DNA of 64,000 bases, from positions 3,781 through 67,780 of the forward strand of contig CAZECR010000001.1 of NCBI GenBank assembly GCA_964510495.1, given 5' to 3'. A model generated the notes under the pieces. That model was not told where the DNA came from. It searched no databases and saw nothing but the letters and a program-made list of their open reading frames with translations. The first letter of the stretch is position 1. Each line of letters begins with the position of its first letter. The position numbers and the translations under genes are program-made. The stretch comes from an uncultured Gammaproteobacteria bacterium (GTDB taxonomy: Bacteria > Patescibacteriota > Patescibacteriia > Magasanikbacterales > GWA2-37-8). This document shows, in pieces, positions 1 through 9,101 of the stretch.

Positions 1-96
1 TTGAAAGTAATACCAATGTGATCTTCGAGTTTGGCAAAACTTTTTTCTTGAACTTCGGGTAGTTCAGCGACCGAGGGGATAGTGGACATACGCATA
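1..96 (-). CDS. Partial CDS running off the window start (N-terminus MRMSTIPSVAELPEVQEKSFAKLEDHIGITF...); function unknown
   Basis: Reverse-complement of 1-96 reads as an ATG-initiated ORF. It is co-oriented with and downstream of nusB. Only 31 codons are visible. Confidence 0.3.
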
Positions 97-176
97 GGTA
101 TATACCGCATTTCGCGTAGCGCTAACTTTAAAAAAGTAAAAGCGATAGGCGGGAGGCGATACAATAAATAAAAAAA

Positions 177-635
177 TTAAACAGTCGGAGCGGGCGCTGC
201 AGGAGGAGTCGCGGGAGTTTCTTTTTGCAGATCGTTATACATGGATCCAAGCACGCCGTTGATAAATTTGCCACTCGAAGGGCCGCCATAACTTTTGGCA
301 ATTTCAATTGCTTCGTTGATGGCAACTTTCGGAGGAACGTCGCTCGAAAATTTCAGTTCGTAAATACCAATACGTAAAATATTCCTGTCAACGATTGTGA
401 TTTGACCAATAGGCCAGCTTGGGGCGTAGTGGGTGAGGATGGAATCGATTTCACTGCGGTGTTCAAGGACGCCATCGACCAATGTTTTGGCAAATGCCTG
501 TTCTTCAAGCCCCGGACCGAATTCCGTAAGGTTGTGGTCGACGATGGCGGGAACGGCAGCAGTTGGTTCACCACGAAAATCCCATTCAAACAGGGATTGC
601 ATTGCGATGGAGCGAGCGAGATGACGATTGGACAT
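177..635 (-). CDS. nusB: Transcription antitermination factor NusB
   Basis: 152-aa ORF with a typical NusB fold signature ([14 protein letters not shown]..., ...[14 protein letters not shown]...FINGVLG). It lies downstream of rpmF. Confidence 0.85.
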   Translation of the reverse strand: MSNRHLARSIAMQSLFEWDFRGEPTAAVPAIVDHNLTEFGPGLEEQAFAKTLVDGVLEHRSEIDSILTHYAPSWPIGQITIVDRNILRIGIYELKFSSDVPPKVAINEAIEIAKSYGGPSSGKFINGVLGSMYNDLQKETPATPPAAPAPTV

Positions 636-718
636 AGAACGAGTGTCTAAATCCCTAATAGGCTACTGTCTAAGAATAAATGTTAGACAGTAGGAACTAG
701 GGTTTTCTCTAAAAATTT

Positions 719-928
719 TTATTTTTTAGCAGCTGCTTTTTTCGCAACCTTTTTGGTAACATTTACCACCTGGCGTCCTTTATACATGCCACAGTTAGTG
801 CAAGCGCGGTGCGGAAGAATCGGCTGTTGGCACTTAGGACATTTTTGGATCGTCATTTCGGTAAGCGCGAAATGAGCTGCGCGTTTGCGTTTGTCAGAGG
901 ATGTCCGACGATGACCGGGTAAACCCAT
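719..928 (-). CDS. rpmF: 50S ribosomal protein L32 (bL32)
   Basis: 69-aa ORF with RRTSSDKRKRAAHFAL and the Zn-ribbon C-x2-C...C-x2-C, plus a Lys-rich tail. Confidence 0.85.
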   Translation of the reverse strand: MGLPGHRRTSSDKRKRAAHFALTEMTIQKCPKCQQPILPHRACTNCGMYKGRQVVNVTKKVAKKAAAKK

Positions 929-1074
929 ACGGAGCTATTAGTAAGTAGATATTAGTAATTTGTACTAAAGTAGTATGACTATACACTAAATAAGCCAATT
1001 TGGCAAGAGAAAGGCTCTGAAGAGCCGAAATAATTGATTTTTAGCCTCTTCTCAGGTAGTATTGAGGAAATTAT

Positions 1075-2085
1075 ATGGAAATAGTGCTCGAAAACGATGC
1101 AAAGAACTGGAAAACTAACTCTTTTCCCCAAGCGTGGGAATGGGGTGACATTTTAATTACTGAAGGGAAGCTTGTAGAGCGCTTACGGGTTGTCGAAGGG
1201 GGTGTCACGCTCGCCCAGCTGCAGGTGGTATATAGTAGCCTGCCGTTTGGTTGGCAGTATGCTTTTTGCCCCAAAGGGCCAGTGTTCCCGGAAGGAACAA
1301 GGAACAAGCAACAAGGAACAAAAGTGCTTGAGGTGCTGGGTGCCTATTTGAAAAAAAAGAATTGTTTGTTTTTTAGGATAGAGCCGCAAGAAAGATCCGA
1401 GCTACAGGCTACAAGATACAAGCTGCAAACTTCGATTGACATTAATCCTCGCACTACTATAATTCTTGAGCTCGGCAAAACAGAAGAAAAACTGCTGGCT
1501 GCTATGCATCAAAAAACTCGGTATAATATTCGCTTGGCCGAAAAGAAAAATATACAAATAAGTTCAGAAAAAAACTACGAAACATTTATCGCTTTAATGA
1601 AAAAAACAGGGGAGCGCGACGGCTTTCGTTTGCATGAAGAAAAACATTATCGAGCGATTTTTGATTCGAAGCTTAGCTTGCAACTTACGGCGGTGTATGA
1701 AGAAAAAGATATTGCGACAGCAGTGTTTGTTGGTTCAGGAAATACTTTCACGTATCTCTATGGAGCATCTGATCACGAATATCGCTCGCTTATGGCGCCG
1801 TATTTACTCCAGTGGGAGGGGGTTAAACTTGGAAAAAAATTGGGGTATGAAAAATATGATTTTTTTGGGATTGCTCCGAGTTCGAAGGAACAAGGAACAA
1901 GGAACAAGGAACAATCGGATAATGATTATGCATATGATCCGAAGCATCAGTATGGTGGTGTCACTCGCTTCAAACTTGGTTTTGGGGGGAGTGTGCTTGA
2001 GCTGCCGGGTACATTTGACTTGATTCTTCAGCCGACGAAGTATAGGATATATCAGCTTCTGCGAAAGCTTCGCAGATTAATCTAA
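1075..2085 (+). CDS. FemAB-family peptidyl/aminoacyl transferase (peptidoglycan interpeptide bridge formation, FemX-like)
   Basis: 336 aa. The RBS GAGGA lies 6 nt upstream. Motifs YNIRLAEKK, ETFIALMKKTGERDGF, LYGASDHEYRSLMAPYLLQWEGVKLGKKLGYEKYDFFGI match the FemAB/FemX family consensus. Confidence 0.8.
   Translation: MEIVLENDAKNWKTNSFPQAWEWGDILITEGKLVERLRVVEGGVTLAQLQVVYSSLPFGWQYAFCPKGPVFPEGTRNKQQGTKVLEVLGAYLKKKNCLFFRIEPQERSELQATRYKLQTSIDINPRTTIILELGKTEEKLLAAMHQKTRYNIRLAEKKNIQISSEKNYETFIALMKKTGERDGFRLHEEKHYRAIFDSKLSLQLTAVYEEKDIATAVFVGSGNTFTYLYGASDHEYRSLMAPYLLQWEGVKLGKKLGYEKYDFFGIAPSSKEQGTRNKEQSDNDYAYDPKHQYGGVTRFKLGFGGSVLELPGTFDLILQPTKYRIYQLLRKLRRLI
1294..1321 (+). repeat. Heptanucleotide tandem repeat (GGAACAA)x4, one unit GCAACAA, inside the FemAB CDS
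   Basis: Read directly: ggaacaa ggaacaa gcaacaa ggaacaa. It encodes ...EGTRNKQQGTK... Confidence 0.9.
1887..1914 (+). repeat. Heptanucleotide tandem repeat (GGAACAA)x4, perfect, inside the same FemAB CDS
   Basis: Read directly: four perfect GGAACAA units, encoding ...KEQGTRNKEQ... It has the same unit and orientation as the 1294-1321 tract, 593 bp upstream. Confidence 0.9.
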
Positions 2086-2169
2086 AAAAATGTTCTCGTC
2101 GTTTAATGGATAGGACACTAGCCTCCGAAGCTGGTAATGCGCGTTCGATTCGCGCCGAGAACACGCGTA

Positions 2170-2193
2170 AGACAGGTCTAAGGCCTGTTTTTA
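2170..2193 (+). terminator. Weak intrinsic terminator after the FemAB gene
   Basis: Hairpin acagg-tctaagg-cctgt followed by tttttaattttt. Confidence 0.4.
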
Positions 2194-2279
2194 ATTTTTG
2201 TTTAAAAGGGTTGACAGATGAACGCAACTATGTCAGTATTTTTTTTACACAAAACCAGCAGAAGCTGGAAGGAGGAACC

Positions 2280-3164
2280 GTGAAACGTTTGTTGATGATG
2301 TTGACTGTGCTTTTCGCGCTCGGCGCTGTGCCTGCAGTGGCACAGACACCGCCGCCGGGTGCAGGGAGGTCGATCCTACTTCCCCCGAATGCGCCGACCA
2401 CTTCACCGGCTTGTCCGACGTGTACCGAGCAGGGGCGCACGGGCGTGCTCGAGGTGGGTAGGCGCTGGGAGGTACGCAGATCTGATTCGGCCAGAAAGGC
2501 GTATCGCGCCACATTCGGTCGGACCGTTTTCAACGATCCGACCCGGCCCGGGGCGTTAGTGCCGACAGCCCGGTGCAGTACCTGTGGGAACCTTCACCAG
2601 ATGCCCGGTGTCAAGGAGTTCAAAAAGGCACTGTCAGGTGATCAGCTTCGCGAACAGCAGCGTGTAGCCGCCGACAGGGCGGCAGAGGCAGGCGTAGGCC
2701 GTGATGGCCCTGCGTCTCAGGGCGGTCGCGTCCAAGCAGCCGACCCTCAACGAAACGCCTTCCGCCAGCGGGTTGCTGCAACGCGCGACCCGGCTCCGCC
2801 ACGCCTGCTTCTCGCTCCGCCCCCGGGTGGAGGTGGTGGTCAGGGTGGAAGCAGCAGCGGGCTCCTTGGTGGAGGCCCGAGCGCTGGCAGCGGAAACAAC
2901 CAGGGTAACGATGGCACGAGCCAGCGACGAGCCCTGGTTGCCTACCCCGGCTGCCTCGGCGATTTTGGAGGACCGGGTAGAAGATCCTGCACCGGCGCCG
3001 AAGCGCTGAGCCGGGCAGCGGCGCCGCTCACCGTTGGCGCTGCCGTGGTGGGTAGTCTTGCGACAGGTGGCACTGCACCCGCAGGCGCTCTTCTCCTGCG
3101 GGCGGCTGGCCAGCGCGCTGTCCAAGCCGGCGCCGTACTCGCCCCCGCGCTCGCCGGTCGCTAA
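2280..3164 (+). CDS. Secreted protein, paralog A, with a conserved C-terminal Cys-loop/Gly-Ala-rich module; GC-rich
   Basis: GTG start with RBS GGAGGAA. Signal peptide VKRLLMMLTVLFALGAVPAVAQ. The C-terminus YPGCLGDFGGPGRRSCTGAEALSRAAAPLTVGAAVV...LLRAAGQRAVQAG is shared with the 3480-4319 product. GC content is far above the flanks. Confidence 0.6.
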   Translation: MKRLLMMLTVLFALGAVPAVAQTPPPGAGRSILLPPNAPTTSPACPTCTEQGRTGVLEVGRRWEVRRSDSARKAYRATFGRTVFNDPTRPGALVPTARCSTCGNLHQMPGVKEFKKALSGDQLREQQRVAADRAAEAGVGRDGPASQGGRVQAADPQRNAFRQRVAATRDPAPPRLLLAPPPGGGGGQGGSSSGLLGGGPSAGSGNNQGNDGTSQRRALVAYPGCLGDFGGPGRRSCTGAEALSRAAAPLTVGAAVVGSLATGGTAPAGALLLRAAGQRAVQAGAVLAPALAGR

Positions 3165-3200
3165 CACGACCATCAGCAACTAACTTTTGTTCTTTACCAG

Positions 3201-3289
3201 CGGCCCTCTACAATTATCTCCCCAAGGTCGCCCTATTCTGTATTCAAGTGTCTTGAAACTAGAGTAGGGAGGGATTTGACTTTGGGGAG
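3201..3289. repeat. Conserved ~85-nt imperfect palindromic element, copy 1, downstream of paralog A
   Basis: ctccccaaggtcgccctattctgtattcaa...ttgaaactagagtagggagggatttgactttggggag. A second copy is at 4350-4437. Confidence 0.7.
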
Positions 3290-3335
3290 CGTAATGAGTT
3301 TATGGATTGCTTTGCTGAAAAAATACTACTTAATT

Positions 3336-3366
3336 AGCCCGGTATCTATCGGGCTTTTTATTTTTT
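3336..3366 (+). terminator. Intrinsic terminator
   Basis: agccc-ggtatctatc-gggct followed by ttttatttttt. Confidence 0.6.
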
Positions 3367-3479
3367 AAAATAGTGATTTAAGGTGCTTATAGTGTACATA
3401 GTGTTGACTTTTCTGTCTGGAGCTGCTAGCCTTGCTGCACAATTTTAACTCACTCGGTTCTGAGTGAGAGGTGGAAGAC

Positions 3480-4319
3480 ATGAAAAACATGTACATTGTT
3501 AGCGTGTTGCTGTTTTTGACGGCAATAGCCAACGCTCAGCCAAGGCCCAGGCTTGATCCAACCGCCGTTGATCGAGGTAGAATCAGGCTTGAGGGTCAAC
3601 GGCAGTTTCAGGCTGATACGGTAAAACAAGCAAGGAGGTTCGGCGAGTGGCAAGCGAAGATCGCCGATAAATATCCTGGCCAGCCTTTGCTCACACCGCG
3701 CGAATTACAGGTCGAGTCTCGTAAAGCGGCAAAACAGGATATTAGGGCACAAAAGTTACAGACTGCTAAGGCAAAGGGGTATGTGCCAGAGCTTTCGGAA
3801 ACGGATCAACTGGTGCGAGCTCTGGGTAAGATCCCTGAGGTCAGCGAGGTCTTTGATGAAGAGTTGTTGAGAGCAAAAGGTAAGCGCAAGCTTAAGACGA
3901 CTTTTCACCGGGACAGTCTCACACCTCTTCCTGTTCCTGCTGGCCGCCCTATCCTTCCACAGCTTGGTAGCTCGCCCCCTCCGTCGCGCCCTCTGGTGGC
4001 AACTCCTCTTCTGGGAGGACGTCCAGCGGTGGCTCCAAGTGCCCCCAACCTGGGTACCACGGATACTCGTCCTCGCGTGGGACCGTTCGTTTCCTACCCC
4101 AACTGCCTCGGCGACAGCGGCAATCCGCTCCGCAGATCCTGCGGCGCCGGTGAAGCGCTACGGAGGGCAGCAGCCCCGCTCACACTCGGTGCGGCTGTCG
4201 TGTCTGGTGTTGCTCCGGCAACAGCTGCCGGAGTTGGAACCGGAGTTCTGCTGCGAGCAGCTGGCCAGCGTGCTGCCCAAGCCGCACCCGCACTTGCTCC
4301 ACTGCTGGGAAGCCAGTAG
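3480..4319 (+). CDS. Secreted protein, paralog B, with the same C-terminal module; GC-rich
   Basis: RBS GAGGTGG. Signal peptide MKNMYIVSVLLFLTAIANAQ. The C-terminus YPNCLGDSGNPLRRSCGAGEALRRAAAPLTLGAAVV...LLRAAGQRAAQAA aligns with paralog A. Confidence 0.6.
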   Translation: MKNMYIVSVLLFLTAIANAQPRPRLDPTAVDRGRIRLEGQRQFQADTVKQARRFGEWQAKIADKYPGQPLLTPRELQVESRKAAKQDIRAQKLQTAKAKGYVPELSETDQLVRALGKIPEVSEVFDEELLRAKGKRKLKTTFHRDSLTPLPVPAGRPILPQLGSSPPPSRPLVATPLLGGRPAVAPSAPNLGTTDTRPRVGPFVSYPNCLGDSGNPLRRSCGAGEALRRAAAPLTLGAAVVSGVAPATAAGVGTGVLLRAAGQRAAQAAPALAPLLGSQ

Positions 4320-4349
4320 GCTCGGAAATAAATAGTCCTTGTCATTGGG

Positions 4350-4437
4350 TGGCCTACACTATTTATCTCCTCAAGGTCGCCCTATTCTGTATTCAATTTT
4401 TTTGAAGATAGAATAGGGAGGGACTGACTTTGAGGAG
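4350..4437. repeat. Conserved ~85-nt imperfect palindromic element, copy 2, downstream of paralog B
   Basis: ctcctcaaggtcgccctattctgtattcaa...gaagatagaatagggagggactgactttgaggag. The stem carries a compensatory change relative to copy 1 (ctccccaa/ttggggag versus ctcctcaa/ttgaggag). Confidence 0.7.
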
Positions 4438-4450
4438 AAAAAATAAAAAA

Positions 4451-4477
4451 CATCTCAGCAATCCGAGATGTTTTTTA
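4451..4477 (+). terminator. Intrinsic terminator
   Basis: catctc-agcaatcc-gagatg followed by tttttt. An A-tract lies upstream. Confidence 0.6.
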
Positions 4478-4548
4478 AAAGATTTTTATTATACTCGTCT
4501 TGACAGAAGATCTTTTTTAATCTAGTAGTACCCTATAGGAGGATGGAA

Positions 4549-5124
4549 ATGCAAAGCGAAGCTCAGGTTGACGCAGTAGTCACCACAAAGAAAACGTCTC
4601 AAAGACGTTTGCGAAAAGTAGAAAAACAAGGACAAGAATTTCGCAAACTATCGCGCCTTCCTCAAGGCGTCTTCTGTTCTGACTACCGGGGTCGCGAAGC
4701 GTGTTTTAAAGCGCTGCGTGATCAAACAAAGAAGCCTGCTGGCCTCGTGTACGTGGTTATGGGAACCGGTGCCGAGAATGCTTCGGTGGTGATCTGGAAT
4801 CACCGTGGTCTGCGATTGCTCGGTCAGTGGTCACTCAAAAGCAGCACGGCCAAAGGTGTGCTGTTCGAGGTGCTCCCTGCTTACACCCGGAACTGGAAGC
4901 TGGCTTGGATAAGCTACAACAAAGAGAAAGTTGTGAGTGGCTATTCAGTTGCTACAGCCGGTGGCATCAAGCGCTACTACCCGCTCAGCAGCGAGCAAAC
5001 TGGCGAAGTGGTGTCCGACAGCTGGATAGGGCTCAAGCCTGATAGAGCCCCCGGGTTCTGGGACGTCGAACGTGTGCTCCGGCCTTTTCGTCGCAGTTTT
5101 CCTCGCCCGCTCACCCCCGCCTAA
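4549..5124 (+). CDS. Hypothetical protein (GC-rich island)
   Basis: RBS TAGGAGG 6 nt upstream of ATG 4549. 191 aa with no recognisable motif. Composition matches the neighbouring GC-rich genes. Confidence 0.5.
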   Translation: MQSEAQVDAVVTTKKTSQRRLRKVEKQGQEFRKLSRLPQGVFCSDYRGREACFKALRDQTKKPAGLVYVVMGTGAENASVVIWNHRGLRLLGQWSLKSSTAKGVLFEVLPAYTRNWKLAWISYNKEKVVSGYSVATAGGIKRYYPLSSEQTGEVVSDSWIGLKPDRAPGFWDVERVLRPFRRSFPRPLTPA

Positions 5125-5162
5125 TTCACCCCCCCCGCCTTCCTTCCTTCTTCTCCTTTCCT

Positions 5163-5207
5163 AAAAAAAATCACCCCGGTATTTTCGGGGTGATTTTATT
5201 TTTTTAA
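5163..5207. terminator. Bidirectional intrinsic terminator between the convergent hypothetical gene and gyrA
   Basis: A-tract, hairpin tcaccccg-gtattttc-ggggtga, then T-tract. Confidence 0.6.
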
Positions 5208-7669
5208 ATTAATGTTACACTCACGACTTTATCATCTTCTTCTTTGAATCGCATGAGGCGAACTCCTTGTGTGGCACGTCCGCTCGACGGAATTGATTTA
5301 AACGGCATGCGAATGACTTGGCCTTTGGCGGACATCATGACGATATCGCGTTCATCAGCTTTGGCTGTATCGATGGCGCTGCCATGAATGACGAAGCCGG
5401 TTTTTTCACTGACTTTGGCGGTCTTAATACCACTGCCACCACGACCCTGTACTTTATAGCTCGCAATTTCAGTGAGCTTACCGAGTCCATTTTCACCGAT
5501 CGTCAAAAATTCAATACTTTTATTTTTAGGGTCAACCGTATCCATGCCAATAACTTCGTCGTTACCGTGGAGGCGGATACCGCGCACACCGCTTGCAGTG
5601 CGACCCATGGAGCGGGCATCGCTTTCTTTGAAACGAATAGCCTGACCCTCTTTGGTAGCGATCATGATGTCGTCAGAGCCGCTCGACGGGCGAACCCATT
5701 CCATGCTGTCGTCGAGACGAAGTTTGAGCGCGATAAGACCGTTGCGGCGAACATTGGCATAATCTTCAAGAGCGGTCTTTTTAATAAGCCCTTTTCTGGT
5801 TACCATAACCAAATATTTGAGGTCAGTCAGGTCGGTCATCGAAAGCATGGTGCTTACTTTTTCATTTGGCGCAAGCTGCAAGAAGTTAACCATGGCCTGG
5901 CCTTTGGCGGTGCGACTGCCCTGAGGTATTTCGTAGGCAGACAATTGGAAGACGCGGCCACGGTTAGTGAAGAAGAGAATATTGTCGTGGGTATTGGTAG
6001 TGAGAAGCTGCTCAACGGATTCTTCTTCTTTAGTGGTTACACCGATAACACCCTTACCGCCGCGAGATTGTTGGCGGAAGGTATCAGGAGGTAAGCGTTT
6101 GATATAGCCATCGGTCGTGGTCATGATGATGGTTGGCTCATTAGGAATGAGGTCTTCAACTGTGAAGTCTTTGATTCCATGAGCGATAATCTGGGTGCGG
6201 CGTTCCTCACCATATTTTGCTTTAATTTCTTCAGTTTCAGTTTTAACAATACCCAAGATTTTAGCTTCCGAAGCAAGGATTGCTTCGAGCTCTTTGATGA
6301 TCGCTTTTTTCTCGGCTAACTCGTCTTCAACTTTTTGGCGTTCCAGGTTAGCGAGCTGTTGCAAACGCATTTCCAAAATGGCTGTTGCCTGGCGGTCGCT
6401 AAATTTAAATTTGTCCATCAGTTCAACTTTTGCTTCGTCTTTGTCTTTGGAAGCGCGAATTGTTTTGATAACAAGATCAATTTTATCAAGCGCGATTTTG
6501 AGACCTTCCAAAATATGGGCGCGCTCTTTGTTTTTATTCAAGTCAAATTCCGTGCGAGCGCGAATAACGACGCGGCGGTGCTTGATAAACTCTTCGAGAA
6601 CATTTTTAATGTTGAGGACGCGTGGTTGAATACCGTCAACCAGCGCGAGCATATTTACGTGAAACGTGGTCTGAAGCGCAGTTAGTTTGAATAATTGGTT
6701 GAGAATTTTTTTCGGGTAAGAATCTTTTTTGAGATCAACCACCACACGAACACCGTCTTTGTTGGATTCGTCGCGCAGGTCCTTAATGCCTTCGATTTTT
6801 TTCTCTTGTACCAGTGTTGCAATTTTTTCGATCATTTCGGCTTTGTTGACCTGGTAGGGGACTTCGGTGACAATGATCTGGAATTGTCCGGCTTTAGTTT
6901 CTTTAATATCAGCTTTTGCACGCATCACAATACCGCCGCGGCCTGTAACATAGGCCGAAAGAATGTCTTTTTTGTTATAAATAATACCGCCAGTTGGAAA
7001 GTCCGGTCCTTTGATGACCTCGGCTAAGTCTTCGACAGTAGCTTCTGGATTTTCAATCAGTTTAATAACACCGTCACAAAGTTCGTTCAGGTTGTGGGGT
7101 GGAATACTGGTCGCCATACCAACAGCGATGCCCATCGTACCATTGAGGAGCAGGTTCGGAATTTTGGTTGGTAAAACGGTTGGCTCAATATGCGAACCGT
7201 CGTAGTTTGGAATAAATCGAACTGTTTCTTTTTCAATATCAAGCAGCATTTCTTCGGCTGCAGCCGTAAGCTTCGCTTCGGTATAACGCATAGCAGCCGC
7301 TGCGTCGCCGTCCATGGAGCCAAAGTTTCCTTGGCCGTTCACCAATTGATGGCGCATGGAAAAATCCTGAGCCATACGGACGAGTGAGTCGTAGATGGCG
7401 CTGTCACCGTGAGGGTGGTACTTGGCCATCACCTCACCGACTACATTGGCGGATTTACGATACTTCGCGTTATGGCGTAAACCAATTTTCCACATGGCGT
7501 AGAGAATACGGCGGTGTACAGGTTTAAGTCCGTCGCGAACGTCGGGGAGGGCGCGCGAAACGATAACGCTCATGGCGTATTCGAGGTACGACTGTTTAAT
7601 TTCGTCAACGATAGCAGCGGGCGTGATCTTGCCGGCTTCCTGGACAATCAATTTGGGTTGCTGGGACAT
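5204..7669 (-). CDS. gyrA: DNA gyrase subunit A
   Basis: 821 aa. N-terminal ...[15 protein letters not shown]..., the active-site Tyr region, and C-terminal beta-pinwheel repeats. Confidence 0.95.
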   Translation of the reverse strand: MSQQPKLIVQEAGKITPAAIVDEIKQSYLEYAMSVIVSRALPDVRDGLKPVHRRILYAMWKIGLRHNAKYRKSANVVGEVMAKYHPHGDSAIYDSLVRMAQDFSMRHQLVNGQGNFGSMDGDAAAAMRYTEAKLTAAAEEMLLDIEKETVRFIPNYDGSHIEPTVLPTKIPNLLLNGTMGIAVGMATSIPPHNLNELCDGVIKLIENPEATVEDLAEVIKGPDFPTGGIIYNKKDILSAYVTGRGGIVMRAKADIKETKAGQFQIIVTEVPYQVNKAEMIEKIATLVQEKKIEGIKDLRDESNKDGVRVVVDLKKDSYPKKILNQLFKLTALQTTFHVNMLALVDGIQPRVLNIKNVLEEFIKHRRVVIRARTEFDLNKNKERAHILEGLKIALDKIDLVIKTIRASKDKDEAKVELMDKFKFSDRQATAILEMRLQQLANLERQKVEDELAEKKAIIKELEAILASEAKILGIVKTETEEIKAKYGEERRTQIIAHGIKDFTVEDLIPNEPTIIMTTTDGYIKRLPPDTFRQQSRGGKGVIGVTTKEEESVEQLLTTNTHDNILFFTNRGRVFQLSAYEIPQGSRTAKGQAMVNFLQLAPNEKVSTMLSMTDLTDLKYLVMVTRKGLIKKTALEDYANVRRNGLIALKLRLDDSMEWVRPSSGSDDIMIATKEGQAIRFKESDARSMGRTASGVRGIRLHGNDEVIGMDTVDPKNKSIEFLTIGENGLGKLTEIASYKVQGRGGSGIKTAKVSEKTGFVIHGSAIDTAKADERDIVMMSAKGQVIRMPFKSIPSSGRATQGVRLMRFKEEDDKVVSVTLI

Positions 7670-7688
7670 ACGGGGTACTATTCAATAG

Positions 7689-8231
7689 CTAATGTTTGGT
7701 AGTAGTAGAGTTTGGTGTTGTTGGGGTTGAGCTGGCAGTGGTAGTGCTGTTTGAGTTTGCAACAATCAGCGCAAGCGCTTCTTTAATTTTTTCCTGGGGT
7801 GATGGTGTGCTCGTTGTTTGATTTCTGGGAGCAAAAGCGTTCTGCCAGTTTTTTTGATTTGCCTCAATGAGTTCTTGCTCCGGTGATCCGGTCCAACGGA
7901 ACGAACTGATCTGAAGTTTGAGCGACCAGCCCCATAGTACACCAATGATGATCATAAACGAAATGACGCCCACCCAGAGGTAGCGCTTAGCGCTCCGGTT
8001 ATGGGCAACAAAACGTTCATAGGATCGAATCTCCTCCGGAGTCGCTTTTTCAGATTCAAAGGATGCTTGCTGGGCAGTTTGTTTTTTAGGTTCTTTAAAG
8101 TTTGCCTCATTAAAAACCAGGCTCGGCATTGGTTTTGCTGCGCTTTTACGCATGGAGCGTTTTGGTTTGGCAGCAGTTTCAGAAATAATTTTTTTTCGTG
8201 GCATACGAATGAGCGCATGAGGCGGGCTCAA
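7689..8231 (-). CDS. Hypothetical single-pass membrane protein
   Basis: 180-aa ORF with one TM segment (WVGVISFMIIIGVLWGW) and a Thr/Ser-rich C-terminus. It sits between the MBL hydrolase gene and gyrA on the same strand. The start may be the internal MPRKK. Confidence 0.45.
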   Translation of the reverse strand: MSPPHALIRMPRKKIISETAAKPKRSMRKSAAKPMPSLVFNEANFKEPKKQTAQQASFESEKATPEEIRSYERFVAHNRSAKRYLWVGVISFMIIIGVLWGWSLKLQISSFRWTGSPEQELIEANQKNWQNAFAPRNQTTSTPSPQEKIKEALALIVANSNSTTTASSTPTTPNSTTTKH

Positions 8232-8302
8232 GGAGAAAAAGAAACACGGGTGTATCCGTTGCTTCTTGAGCCCCCTTACTGTACGTTCCCGTTTGGTGCG
8301 TA

Positions 8303-8869
8303 TTAAATATTTTTTTCCAAGACCATGAGTTGCATATCTTCTTGAGGTAGGTCCTTGGCTTTGAGAATAACTTTCTTATCGGTTACCGCTGCTTTGAGTC
8401 CGCTCGCCTTAATAAAATCTTCCACGGGTTTTACCTCAGGGTCGCTGTCGGAGGCGTACCCCATAGGGATAACAACACGAGGTTCAAGTTCGTTAATAAC
8501 TTCCGCTGCCGCGCTTGGGGAAAGATATTTTTTTTCACCACCAACGCCAAGGGCAAGGATATCAATTTTACCCAGTTTTTCAACCAGATCAGCTGAAAGC
8601 TGTTCTTGAATGGCGCCAAGGTGCACGAGCGACATGCCTTCGGCAGTAACTTTAAAAATAACGGTCTCGTTTGGGCCGGGCCAGGCACTAATAAGGACGC
8701 CTTTGATGTCGAATTCGCCAAGGGTGCTGATGATAAAAGGGTCTTGCGAGAGGGTGGCGCTATTGTCTTCGCGGTGCGAGTACAGGGCGACGCTGGGGCT
8801 AAAACTACGAGGAAAATCACCCTTTTCAGGTTTGTACGGATCAAAGAGAATAACGACGTCTTCATCCAT
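8303..8869 (-). CDS. MBL-fold metal-dependent hydrolase (COG2220-like)
   Basis: Start moved to MDEDVVILFDPYKPE at 8869. Motifs VHLGAIQ, DILALGVGG and VIPMGY are typical of small beta-lactamase-fold hydrolases. Confidence 0.6.
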   Translation of the reverse strand: MDEDVVILFDPYKPEKGDFPRSFSPSVALYSHREDNSATLSQDPFIISTLGEFDIKGVLISAWPGPNETVIFKVTAEGMSLVHLGAIQEQLSADLVEKLGKIDILALGVGGEKKYLSPSAAAEVINELEPRVVIPMGYASDSDPEVKPVEDFIKASGLKAAVTDKKVILKAKDLPQEDMQLMVLEKNI

Positions 8870-9101
8870 TTGTTTGGTCTGTAATTTAAGACAGGTTTGA
8901 CCGAGCCAGGAGAGGTGCATACAGTAAATGTGGTTAAAGAGTGCGGTTATTCTAGCATACCGTTTCAGGTGCCGCAAGCCTTGACAGCGAAGCAAAACAG
9001 TGTTACTTTACGTCTATACATATAAGTACTTGAAGCAGCTCCATTTTAGCGAGCAGCACTCGACTTAGGCCTAGCCAAGCGGGATAAACAGTATTTTTTT
9101 T

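Noticed and set aside
2634-3179. 181-aa ORF (-) and ORFs 2228-2533, 4094-4345
   Set aside because: They are antisense or alternate frames of the GC-rich secreted-protein genes. None has an RBS, and the sense genes have signal peptides plus a conserved paralogous C-terminus.
5318-6094. 258-aa ORF (+) inside gyrA
   Set aside because: It is antisense to a highly conserved gyrA region and is a frame artefact.
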